Shown: piece by piece, positions 37,775 to 49,216 of the stretch | Layout of the letters: every line of letters begins with the position of its first letter | Numbering within the stretch: the first letter of the stretch is position 1 | Assembly: GCF_036971445.1 (NCBI RefSeq) | Contig: NC_091471.1 | Location: 70,618,001-70,682,000, forward strand | Direction: 5' to 3' | Length of the DNA stretch: 64,000 bases | From: Narcine bancroftii | Taxonomy: Eukaryota | Notes under the pieces: model-generated | What the model was told of the DNA's origin: nothing | The model's input: only the letters and a program-made list of their open reading frames with translations | The model's database searches: none | Position numbers and translations under genes: made by a program

Positions 37775-38385
37775 CAGTGGTTATCAACCTCTTTCTTTCC
37801 ACTCACATACCACTTTATTCCCTACGCCATAGGTGTTCCATGGTTGCTTAAGGTGGTATGTGGGTGAAAAGAAAAAGTTTGAAACCACTGTTTTAATTGT
37901 ATCTAATTGACTTGTTTTGTGAATGGTTTCATTCTTCTTTGGCTTGGCTTCGCGGACGAAGATTTATGGAGGGGTAAAGTCCACGTCAGCTGCAGGCTCG
38001 TTTGTGGCTGACAAGTCCGATGCGGGACAGGCAGACACGGTTGCAGTGGTTGCAAGGGAAAATTGGTTGGTTGGGTGTTGGGTTTTTCCTCCTTTGTCTT
38101 TTGACAGTGAGGTGGGCTCTGCGGTCTTCTTCAAAGGAGGTTGCTGCCTGCCGAACGGTGAGGTGCCAAGATGCACGGTTTCATAACTCCAAAGGAAATG
38201 GACCAATGACAATTTTTCTCAAGCAAAATATTTTGGTAACAATTGGGTCTAGAGCAGTGATTCTTAACCTTCCCTTCCCACTCACATACCACCTTAAGCA
38301 ATCCCTTACTAATCACAGAGCACTGATGACATAGGGATTACTTAAAGTGGTATGTGAGTGAAAAGAAAAAGGTTGAGAACAACTG
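37775..38385. mobile_element. Composite hAT (Charlie-like) MITE made of two hairpin MITEs plus a spacer
   Basis: Hairpins at 37775-37890 and 38256-38385 with CAGTG(G/A)TT.TCAACC termini. Outer 8-bp TSD CTCCAAGT/CTCTAAGT. Confidence 0.88.
37933..38180 (-). mobile_element. RTE-clade LINE 3' fragment, copy 3
   Basis: GGTTTCAT duplicated on both sides; near-identical to copy 4. Confidence 0.92.
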
Positions 38386-41300
38386 CTCTAAGTGCATCTC
38401 CCTTATTCCTAATACTCCTTGCATTGAAATAGATATATTTCAAACCCTCCGACTGACTACATTTATGCTTCCTCCCATCCCTGTCTGTCCTCACAAACCC
38501 ACAACACATTTCATCATCCTTTATTCTCTACCCTCACATTCTGGTTCCTATCCCCCTGTCAAATTAATTTAAACTCTCCCCACAGCTCTATAAAACCTGC
38601 CCACCAGGATATTGGTCTGTAGTTTCTGTTCTAGAGACCTAAACTATTACTTGTCCCTGTAGATCATCCTCCACAACAGCATCCAAAAATATTAGACATA
38701 TTAGCCACAGGGGTGCTCTGCCGACTGCCTATTCCCCTTCCATCTCCTAACAATCACCCAGTTCTCTGTCTCTTGCCTTTTAAGTGTAACTGTCTCCCTG
38801 TAACTCCTGCTTATCAACCCTTTCTGAATGATCTGGAGTTCATCCAGCTCCAGCTCCAGTTCCTTAACACATAGTGTAAGGAGCTCCAGATGGAATCACT
38901 TCTTGCAGGTGTAGTCATCAGGGGGAAATGGTGCTGTCCCAGATTTCCCACATTCTGCAATTGGAGCATTCCACTGACCTAGCTGCCATCTACACTACCT
39001 ACTCTTTGTTACTATGCAAAGATCTTTCCTGAACTTACCTGTTGTACATCCTCAGCCTCAGTTCACTGAAGCCTTGAAATGCTCTGGGCCACTCCCACAA
39101 TGGCCATTCTGCATGAGCTCTTTATCCATTCTCTTAAAATTTAGATTTATTTTTATTATCTCCCCTAGGCTTTGCCATTCACAAACTCTGCAATCTCCTC
39201 CAGCCTTTCAATACTTTGTTCCTATGTTTCTCCAGTTCTGGCATCTTGTGTTTCACCAATTTTAATAAGTTCTCTAAGGATTGCTACACTTTACCATGTC
39301 AAAAGTTCTGCATAAATGTAGTGGCTAGTACTTTTGGATCAATTTGAGCACTAAACTGTCATGTAGTCAAGATCCAAATAGTTTTGGCAGAACCTGAACT
39401 GAACATTAATGAGGTCATTGTTGAATGGATACTACTTAATGGCACAATTGAAAACCCCTTCACTATTGCTTGGAAAGAGACTCTAATAAATGGCCAGTTT
39501 AGACTTTTGCTGTGTTTGTGAATGTGACATTTGCTGGCAGTTTTGCCTAGTGTCACTCAGATGCCTGTAATGCAGTTACACCAAGCAGTTTAGCCAAAGG
39601 AGTGGCTAATTTTGATGCAGATGGTCGTGGATTGTTGGTTTTGGCTTTTTCTGCGTGAAGAGTAATCCATCACCTATTTATAGGAGGATTGAATTAAATT
39701 AGCTGGACAGTGGCATTTTGATGGAGAAGACTGAGTACTGTGCAACTCTGCAGAATGTTAGCTGGAGATACTTGCATGTAACAGTGTTATTGACTTAGTC
39801 TAACTTCAAGTTAAATACAAGTGATAGTGAAGAGAAGTTTCCTATTTGTTTTATTAGTAATGCAATTTGTCATTTTATCTTTAATGTAGATCACTTTCTG
39901 TAAACTGATCCTGTAATAGTGGTACAAATGATTGTGCATTAGATAACAATTACTCCCAGTTAATTTTACATATATTTTGTACAAATTTAGAAGAAAAAAC
40001 CCCAATTGATCTATTGTTTTCATGTACCATTGCCTTTGACTGGCTTAAAATACTTATTTATTTCCCCATCATTTACAATATACAAAATGAGAAATAAGAA
40101 GATGTACATGGAGCAACCATTCCTTGCACATTGTTATTCCCCCTCAAAGCCATCATTTCCGTACCACAAATAGCATATCATATAACCTAGAAAAAAAAAA
40201 GACCTGGCATCAATTCATGGAACATTTCCAAAGGTACAGCAGCTTGAAGTCATAATGTCAGATGCAGGTAATGAACTAATACTATCCATCCAAGAAAAAT
40301 GAAAAAAAGACATTAGATCGTATTTTTTTAATCAAGTAATCCTTCATAAATAAAATATTTGGCGAAATAAAATAGCCATTTAATAAGTGCAGACATGCAA
40401 TGATTTCAGTTTGAATGCTGCAACTCAATGGAAGAAAAGTGGAAACATTTTCAGGTGGTCAGACTAAAAATGTTTCACAATCAGGGTCTGGTGGATTGTT
40501 TTGAAGATTCTATTCTGCTTTATCACAAAGGAGATGTCTTAAATTGTCATGTGGTAACAGATTCATTATCCCATCTTAATTCAGGCTGTGGTGTTCCATG
40601 TTGGAAAGTTCTTAAATGCATCAGTAATGTTATCCCCTAATAAGTCAGTATACCTCTTTTTGGCCTTGGAAGTGAAAATATTGACTTCACTGAAGTAAAA
40701 CAAGTTCATTCTCTACTTGGGCACAGTGCTGCGAGGCAAATTGACAAGATAAAAACAGGAACTTCAGCAAATCCAACAAGGAACATACCGCATTAATCAG
40801 GAACACAATACGTATTGTTGAATAAAAATGATGCAAAAACTCAGTTACAAGATAAGTATTAGTAACATATGGTTTAAATTTATTAAATGTACAGAGGAAA
40901 GAATAAAGTAGACTTGCTGCTGCACTGTAATTTTTTCAGCAGATTGGGACCAACTGAATTGGGAAGAATCTTAAAACTTTTGCCACAAAGAGTGATTGTT
41001 AATAATATGGAGTATAATCATTACAGCATGGTAAATAGATATGTTGGTGTTCTTAGGTCAAGGTAATTTTATCAAATAATGGAAAAATTGCTAAGATTTT
41101 ATGGAAGCTGTTTTTGAGTAAAGAATTATTAGCCAAAAAAAAAAAAATTTAACATTTCCCATTTGAGTTGCATTGTCCTTCATGCTTTTTGGCAAATTCA
41201 CTACTGGTCTGTCGCTGACCACCGGCTAACCATGGAAGATCTCAACCTGGTCTGAGACTAGAGATATCCAAGCTCCTGCCAAATATCCAAAAGAAACCAA

Positions 41301-41837
41301 GTTGCAGAAATAATTGGATAAAGATGAAAGCTGCAGGACACCGTGATTGATGTCATAAGGAAGCCCATTTCCATTAGTATTGGAAAAGAACACCACTAGC
41401 AAGTGAGGTGAGGAATGGAATGAAATGCTAAATTTGCAAGAAGTATCAAATTAAACAGAGCAACTGAATTCAAGGGTACAGCTGAGAATTACAAAGTGAT
41501 TTTCATGATATATTTAAAACCCACAGGTGACTTCCTCTTCAAAGCAAATGTGAACTACTCTATAGTAGGACATGACAGGCTATACCCATATTCCATAAAT
41601 GGCAATGGCGTCCTGCAATTGCCAAGCAATTGAGTAGTTTTCTCAGATCTTCTTCTTTAGCACATGCAATCAATACACAAAATGTGGATGACACAATCTA
41701 AAAATATCAGAGGACATATTGGAGGACATGATGCTTAAATTACTTGGTATTCTAGTTGAGAAACTACATGCCTTTTTCTGGTTGGTGAAATAGTAGGAAC
41801 AGAATCAATAAAGAATATAAAGCTTTGATAACAAACC

Positions 41838-42118
41838 TGTGGTGGTCCACTACCGGCCTGCTGCAGGAGGCAACCTCTGTACCTGCAGGAGTGTAAGGGG
41901 ACAGGACAACACCTGGCCGGCTGTCAATCAGTCGGCCTGAAGGGATCAAGCCCTGCCTGGTCGGGTGTCAATCACCCTCCGGGATATAAGCCTCCCGAAG
42001 CTCTCTCAGAGTTACTGCAGCTACAGCCAGCCTGGCTCTGTGGAAGTCTTTGTAGATTAAAGCCTGTTGTACAGTCTTTACCTTGTGTGTGTCTGATTCT
42101 GGTTAACAGCGCACCACA
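41838..42118 (+). mobile_element. Solo LTR with 5-bp TSD
   Basis: TGTGGTG...CACCACA termini, TSD AAACC (41833-41837 and 42119-42123), TATA-like GATATAAG ~41983, ATTAAA ~42056. Confidence 0.93.
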
Positions 42119-42304
42119 AAACCCTATTGGTGATAGAAGTGGGCTGAAAGGGAGGAGTGTGGTTGGAGCAAAGGCAAGGAATAAAAATGTTAGAGGAGGT
42201 GAGACTTGTAGTGAGCAACACAAAGACCTTTTTCAGGTAACTGCCATGTTAGCCTCACAGTATGTAGAGATTTTCTATGTAAATAAGGTTGCACATTGTT
42301 CTGG

Positions 42305-42505
42305 AGTACAACACATAAGAGTGCTGGAGAAACTCAGCAGACCACCAAGAATCCATTGGAAGTAAAGCGTAACCTGACAAAGGGCCCAGGCTTGAAATAT
42401 TTCTTCCCCTTTACTTCCTATGGATGCTATGTGGCTTTGCTGAGTTCTTCCAGCAAATCTGTGCATTACACTCAACCTAGCATATTCAGACTTTCTTGTT
42501 TAACT
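42305..42505 (+). mobile_element. Penelope-derived hairpin mini-element
   Basis: GCTGGAGAAACTCAGCA...TGCTGAGTTCTTCCAGC arms; degenerate core CTGACAA-A-GGG-CCCAGG-CTT-GAAAT at 42374-42398. Confidence 0.72.
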
Positions 42506-43054
42506 GCACATTGTCTTTGGAGCCTGATTTAAATTGAATATTTACCCCAAGGGATTTACAAGCCTTTAAAAAACAGGCCAACCCCTGATCTCTCTGTCAG
42601 ACCAATGGTTGTTATGGAACATCGTGTTCAGCAGCTGGTCCATCTGGTCAGCTAACAGGGAATGAAAGGAAGATAGTTCAACATAACACTGCTGTTAATG
42701 TCATTCAAAGTTATGTGTGCTAGCTCTTGACTTACACCCTCTCCCAACTCTCTCCATCCCTTTTTGGTGTCAGAATATTTTGCTGTTGGAAAGAACTGAT
42801 AAAAACTAACTTTTAATCTCCAAAGAAAGATATTTGTGAAAAAATCAGAGGTATGGAAGATAAAAAAAATGCACCAATGTACAAAATATAAAATAAGCTA
42901 CCTTGTGAGAAGAGAATACATGAGGAAAGATCAACATAATACAGATAATTCTTGGAAACTGTAAGCAGGCTTTTCATAACTGCAGTAAAAGGTGAAAACA
43001 TCATTCTATTTAAGAAACAATTTACTGCTGGATGAGCCATTGGGGCATTGAATC

Positions 43055-43895
43055 ATGGAATCATATGTCATAGCATAGAAACAAGGCCTTTGGCCATCAT
43101 ATGACTGGCTATCCATCAAGAACACAAGCATCATTCCTCTCAAATCCCCATCAAAAGTTCCCCTTCTTCCAATTCTCTGCCCTCAACTGTGCAAGGGGCC
43201 ATTTACAGTAGTCAATTCTTCTTCTTTGGCTTGGCTTCGCGGACGAAGATTTATGGAGGGGGTAAAAAGTCCACGTCAGCTGCAGGCTCGTTTGTGGCTG
43301 ACAAGTCCGATGCGGGACAGGCAGACACGGTTGCAGCGGTTGCAGGGGAAAATTGGTTGGTTGGGGTTGGGTGTTGGGTTTTTCCTCCTTTGCCTTTTGT
43401 CAGTGAGGTGGGCTCTGCGGTCTTCTTCAAAGGAGGTTGCTGCCCGCCAAACTGTGAGGCGCCAAGATGCACGGTTTGAGGCATTATCAGCCCACTGACG
43501 GTGGTCAATATGGCAGGCACCAAGAGATTTCTTTAGGCAGTCCTTGTACCTTTTCTTTGGTGCACCTCTGTCACGGTGGCCAGTGGAGAGCTCGCCATAT
43601 AACACGATCTTGGGAAGGCGATGGTCCTCCATTCTGGAGACGTGACCCATCCAGCGCAGCTGGATCTTCAGCAGCGTGGACTCGATGCTGTCGACCTCTG
43701 CCATCTCGAGTACTTCGACGTTAGGGATGAAAGCGCTCCAATGGATGTTGAGGATGGAGCGGAGACAACGCTGGTGGAAGCGTTCTAGGAGCCGTAGGTG
43801 GTGCCGGTAGAGGACCCATGATTCAATTAACCAATAAACAAACACCTATTTACCATCTGGGGGGAAACCAGAGTACTCGGAGGAAATTCATGCCT
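43055..43895 (-). mobile_element. Old V-SINE/HE1-like SINE split by an RTE insertion
   Basis: ATTTACAGTAGTCAATT|AACCAAT...GGAAACCAGAGTACTCGGAGGAAA and a CR1-like tail at 43055-43095. Confidence 0.6.
43217..43825 (-). mobile_element. RTE-clade LINE 3' 600 bp, copy 4, open reading frame intact
   Basis: ORF 43276-43845: ESWVLYRHHLRLLERFHQRCLRSIL..QLRWMGHVSRMEDHRLPKIVLYGEL..RGAPKKRYKD..CNRCNRVCLSRIGLVSH; (AAG)n tail. Confidence 0.95.
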
Positions 43896-46800
43896 TCTGT
43901 GTTTATTGAGGCCTTTATTGCATGGGTGTAACTAATGTCTTAATGCGCTATTTGAAATTTTAACTTCTGTTATGAATGCAGAAAGTATTACATTTTTGAA
44001 AATTTACAGTGGATTTTATTTTTCTTTTAGGAGAACATTGTTTATTACTTTATTCAGTGTGGCCATTGCTGCCACCCAGTACTTGCTGCCCCCTCCTAAA
44101 ATGGCTACCAGGAACCAGTGATTTGTTTGGAATTTTGAATAAAATATATGAAAGCAAAGTTTAAATGATGGTGTTGAGGCTGAAGGACACATTTTTTAAT
44201 TTGAATAATTTGTTTTGCCAACTGGCATTTTTTCAGCTAGTCATGCTTGTGGTGAGAGGTAGAGTTGGTGTCATTGGGAGGAGTGCTCATGGGGTGGGGG
44301 GGGGGGCATAGGTTGAAATTTGTTGAGCTCTAAGATATAACCTGTGACATCTGGCAATAATGTACTATCATGAGCTGAAATCAATCAAGATTCCTTTAAT
44401 CTGGCTGCCAGGGAAGACTAAAACAAAAATACTACAACTAGTTAGCAGTGGTACTGAATTCCCCATATGCTTGGCCTCAACCCTGCTGCCTTGGTTATTT
44501 TAGGATGAGCTTTTAGCCCATAAAAAGAGTACAACAATGTTAAATTTAGACCCCAGCACATCACATTGAGACAAGGGACTGTAAATCTGACTACACTTAA
44601 AATAGATATTGTAAGTTGACTCTGCGTTTGCAACTCACACCTGTTTACCCTGGTGCTACTGATGAACAGGTTACCATCATACACCTCATGTGACAAAGTG
44701 CTGAGAAGGTAGTGATGGGTGGATATGGCCCATAAAATTAATGCCAGCAACTTATATTCAAAGGCCTTGAAGGAGCACAGAGGAAATTCAATGACTTTAC
44801 CCATGACAACCCTTCAGGATTCAAGCAGATTAATACAGTACAGCAACATAGTGGCTTTTCTACCTAATGCTGCTGCTTCCTGTCACTTTTTCCATTTTAC
44901 AGGATACCATAACAAAGTTCAGGGGAGCTTTCAGTCCAAGAGAGTTCTGAAAGCACTGGCATGGTTCATCCAGGTAACAGGTCTGAATCCAATACGCAAC
45001 AAAGCCCCTGCAGGAGCTGATGAGGTACTGATTAAAGATGTACAGGTAGCTAGCTCATCTGTACTTTCAGATACTTCCTTCCTCCTCCTCCTCCTCAAAG
45101 ATGGAGAATCGATCACTGATGACGGTACAGGATACAAAAGTCTCATTTATTCCTATTTCTTCCCAACGTTTGTACATGACTGCTTTCCGGTAAGGAAACT
45201 GTGACCAGGATACCCAGCTAATTATTTTCCCTCCTTGGCCCTGTGTTTATTGAGGTCAGCTGTTGGGCTCCTAAAATGAATTGACTCTTGCCAGCCATGA
45301 ATATCAGCAATTGGAATGATAATGCACTTATGGCCCAGATTTATCTGTTGTAATCATCTCATGTAGCAATAAAAAGACAAACCAATCTGAAAAAAGGACG
45401 TGCTTGATGATGCCTTGTACTGGACTTGCAGAATGGATGAAGATGTAGAATGTTTGCATTGCACACACTTAATTACTTTAAATTCTGTACAGCAACTCTG
45501 CACAGGAATAAATTACTGCTGAGTGTTTCTTCTTTAATGCCACTAATTAAATTACTCTATAGTCTGACCTGCCTGTGGTTATTTCTTAATTGTGTTGGAG
45601 CTTTCTAATTGATTTAAGTGCCTTAAAGAGGGACCTTTCCAGAAACCAGTGATAAGTTCTCCTGAGATGGTAAATATTGCTCCTGAGCCCAATTACTAAA
45701 TTATAACACAATTATGGACACTTAAAGGACAAACAATTATAATAGTTAATTTCAACAATTTTCCATTGAAATATCTCTTTGTATTAGTTGCACAGATGGC
45801 AAGTAAGTGTACCTATTTCCTTAGTTTTTCTCTTTCACTTGGGGAAATGCACTTCTAAACATTACGAGGATGATTACCACAAGCTTCACAATCAAGAATA
45901 CTTCACTTGATTTGTCTGTTCCAACTCCAGTATACCATTTTCTCATGTTAATTACTTCCTACTTTAAAGAAAGGTCAATACTCCTGCATGTGATTACCAG
46001 CTTTGTGGGGTGGTGTGCCTGTTACAAGTGGAATAGTTGACATGCAGTATGCATTACTGAGGTTTAGTAAAATATGACTTGCAATAGTGGTACATCTGTG
46101 AGAAGTAGAGTGAAATGTAATGTACAAACATGGTAGGAAATTTAATACATTCAAGCTTGTTGATGATAAATGTTAAGAGTGTAGATTGTGAAGAGAATAC
46201 TATGAAAATACTTCAGGGGATATAGACAGGTGAAGGGGATGGACAAACACACGGTAGGTCCTCTTTCATTGAAATATAGAAACTTGGGGTATTTACGTTT
46301 AAATGTTGAATGAGTTAAGTGTGTTGAGGTTATCCTAGATTAATCACTTCTGATCCTGAGTTGCAGTGCCTTGCTTAAAACTTCTAAAAGGATTTAGACA
46401 GCATTCCCTGATCATTTTAATGCCTCTTCTTTGCTCTCCAGGAGTATCTGAATGAGCATTTTTTGTCTTTTTGTGTACTGGCTTTGGACAAAATTATTTT
46501 TCATAGATTCTTTCCAATTGATGTAAAAATAAATATGCTTGTACATTATTTCAAAGCTACTCACTAATGTGATAATGAACTAAAGCAAAGTTACATCTGG
46601 GTTGTGGTTCTATATGGTACACAATCCATGCTTGAGTTCTCCATTGTTTGAAGCGATTGTCTAAGAATTTAGTTGGTAATGTCCTCTTCACAGGATAGTC
46701 CATTTCACACTGCCATGTCAGCATGTTGCAATTTGGAAGCCAGAGACAATCTGAAGGTCATGTATCAGAAGTGCAAGGAAATAAATGAATTGAGTTCTGG

Positions 46801-47892
46801 TCAGAGCTACCTGGTGGAGGTTGCAAATTAGACTCTAAAGGGAAAATGCAGGAAAGTGGTTTTCTTACATTGTTGTTAATTAATTTCTATTAGTTGGTTA
46901 TTTTACTTTTGAATTGAAATATCTAAATTTACTGGTCTGAGTATAAATGGATCTGCATATTCTAGCCATTTGATAGCGATGAGCTGTCAGGAAGTCCTCA
47001 GGGTGCTGTGGATTGGGGCATCAAAATCTACCATCTGAAGCTTGACTGCCACTCACAGCCTCCACTGCTTTGTTGGAGCTGTGCTGTCCTGAGGTTAATT
47101 GCAATTGCAAAGCTGCTTGTTTGCAACCAAGATTAAAGTGCAAGGGTGCAAGGACTGGGTTCTGAGAATTGTGAGATAGACTGAGCATAATCTGGCATAT
47201 TATAAATGGGATTTATGGTGGGTGTTTACCATTGTTTAAGACTGTTGCATCTAGAATTTCTCTCTCACTAGAACTGTGTATGGAACCAAGCGTGCTTTAA
47301 ATATGTGAGTACAATGAGAGATTATAATGTTATACAGCAGTAGACCAGCTTGATAAATGCTCCAACACTTATTAATTAGTGAGTTTCTTTTTAAATTCCA
47401 TGTTCTCTGGCCATATTCATTTAGTGCAGAAAAAATTGCTTGCCAAGAACAAAAAAAAGCACCAAAAATAATATGCAGCCACTGAGACATTTTCAGTAAG
47501 TTGCTAAGCAACTAAATGTTTCACCAATGTTGTTAAGGTAAGTAGGGCTTTATCATGAAGGTTTATTGCATGGCAGTACACTTCAAAGATTTAAAATTCA
47601 AATCATGGTGGTCAGAAGAGCTTTGATGATTTATAACTTTATATGCACTTCTGTTAACTTTCTATAATAGGCACTTTTTAAAAGAAAACAGTATACTTGA
47701 AAATGTAACCAGACTTTATTAAACCAGAACTATGAATTCACAAGTAACTAATTGATGGAATACAATCCCTCCAAATCAATATTAAGTTTTTTTTCTTCTG
47801 AATTCTAAATACAATATGAGGAATTACACAAGTTGTGTTTGGTCTGCTATTGCTTCCCAAACTAAATCATAAAATGGTGCCACATTACAACA

Positions 47893-48230
47893 TTGAAAGT
47901 TCAGATTTATTGTCAGAATACATGCATGACATCACAAACAACCCTGAGATTTTTTTTTCCTGTGGGCCAGGCCGAATTTCTACTTATCGGCAGTGCAGAG
48001 AATGACTGTAATCAAAAGATGCATGGCAAAAGAAAGAAATGTAAACAAGAAGAAAGTGCAAATAAACAGTGCGATACAGAAATGAACTATTCAATAACAA
48101 ATAATGTGCAAAGAAAGCATCCTTTTGTTGTTGGAGGAGGGTCTGATGGTGGAGGGATAGCAGATGTTCCTGAACCTGGTGGTCTACCTCTTTCCCTGAT
48201 GGCAGCAGCGAGAACAGATCTACCAATGAT
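47893..48230 (-). mobile_element. Rex/Babar-type LINE 3' end
   Basis: TCAGATTTATTGTCAG tail on +, LFSLLPSG on minus; homologous to 53640-53960. Confidence 0.7.
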
Positions 48231-49216
48231 CACTGAAGTTTATATTATAATTACGTCTAAACTTCTACAGTCTAGAAAATATAAAACATTAGGGGTAATT
48301 TTTGTGTTATTAATGCAATTTTAGTCTAATTATATTAAAGTCTAGTCATATTAAAGTCTAATCTGGAAGGTCGGTGGTTCCTTAAATTTAAGTAACCTTT
48401 AGATGCTAATTTAGTCACAATTGAGACTGAGACAGCAAGCATTACTGCAGCTGTTTTGTTTGGAATTCTATCATACAGAAGAGTTTAGCACATCTTTCAG
48501 TGTCTATATCCAGCCAATGGATATTTCATCAACTGTCATTCTGTATGTTGACTCCTTATTATGGGATATTGTGCACTCCCTGAACTAACGGTCAAACCAT
48601 TTATTAAATAATCATTCCATTGGTGATGTATCGTGATATTTTGGCATAAAGGAAATGATGAATTCAGAGTCTATACTTTTTGTCACTTTTTTCCATCCAT
48701 TTGCATGCTATTTCATTAGAATCATTTTTTTGCTCAGAAGATTATTTTTAAGAGAAAGGCAATTAGTGTCAACAGTCTGTTTACATAAATGTGGAATTCC
48801 ACGAATAGTATTTTCCTACCGCAGTTCTAGAATGGAGTGTGACTCACTGCTCTACTTGCTTTACACTTATGACTCTATGGCTCAGTATGACAACAACACG
48901 GTAGTGGGTTGTATAAAAGGGGTGATGGGTTGTTATACAAGAGGGAGACTGAAACTTAAAATTAAAGATAGTGTAGCGGCAGCTACACTGCTAACTGAAA
49001 TAACACACAACCAGACGGGTTGAGCTTAGTGAGCAGAACTGATTTATTGCAGGCTGCCTGGCTGGCCTTGTACTCCCAGCCCAGACCTGGCTGAGAACCG
49101 CGCTGATGTCACTAGGGTGTCACGTGGGTTCCCAAGTGTGGGCTTCTGAGCCCGGTACCGAGGTTGAAGGGGAAACCCCCGACTGTGCATTTTGGCCGGA
49201 TGCCCCACCGTGCGTG

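Larger units (their letters stand above)
37495..39070 (-). mobile_element. Old CR1 5' region (ORF1 and start of ORF2), interrupted by a hAT MITE
   Basis: The minus strand near 38880-38990 encodes AVECSNCRMWE..PDDYTCKK, typical of the CR1 ORF1 N-terminal Zn finger; decayed esterase/EN-like sequence downstream. Confidence 0.6.

Noticed and set aside
44931-45270. Minus-strand terminal coding exon (..SDRFSIFEEEEEEGSI*)
   Set aside because: All three frames after the best upstream acceptor (~45270) hit stops, and the acidic run comes from a short (CCT)n repeat.
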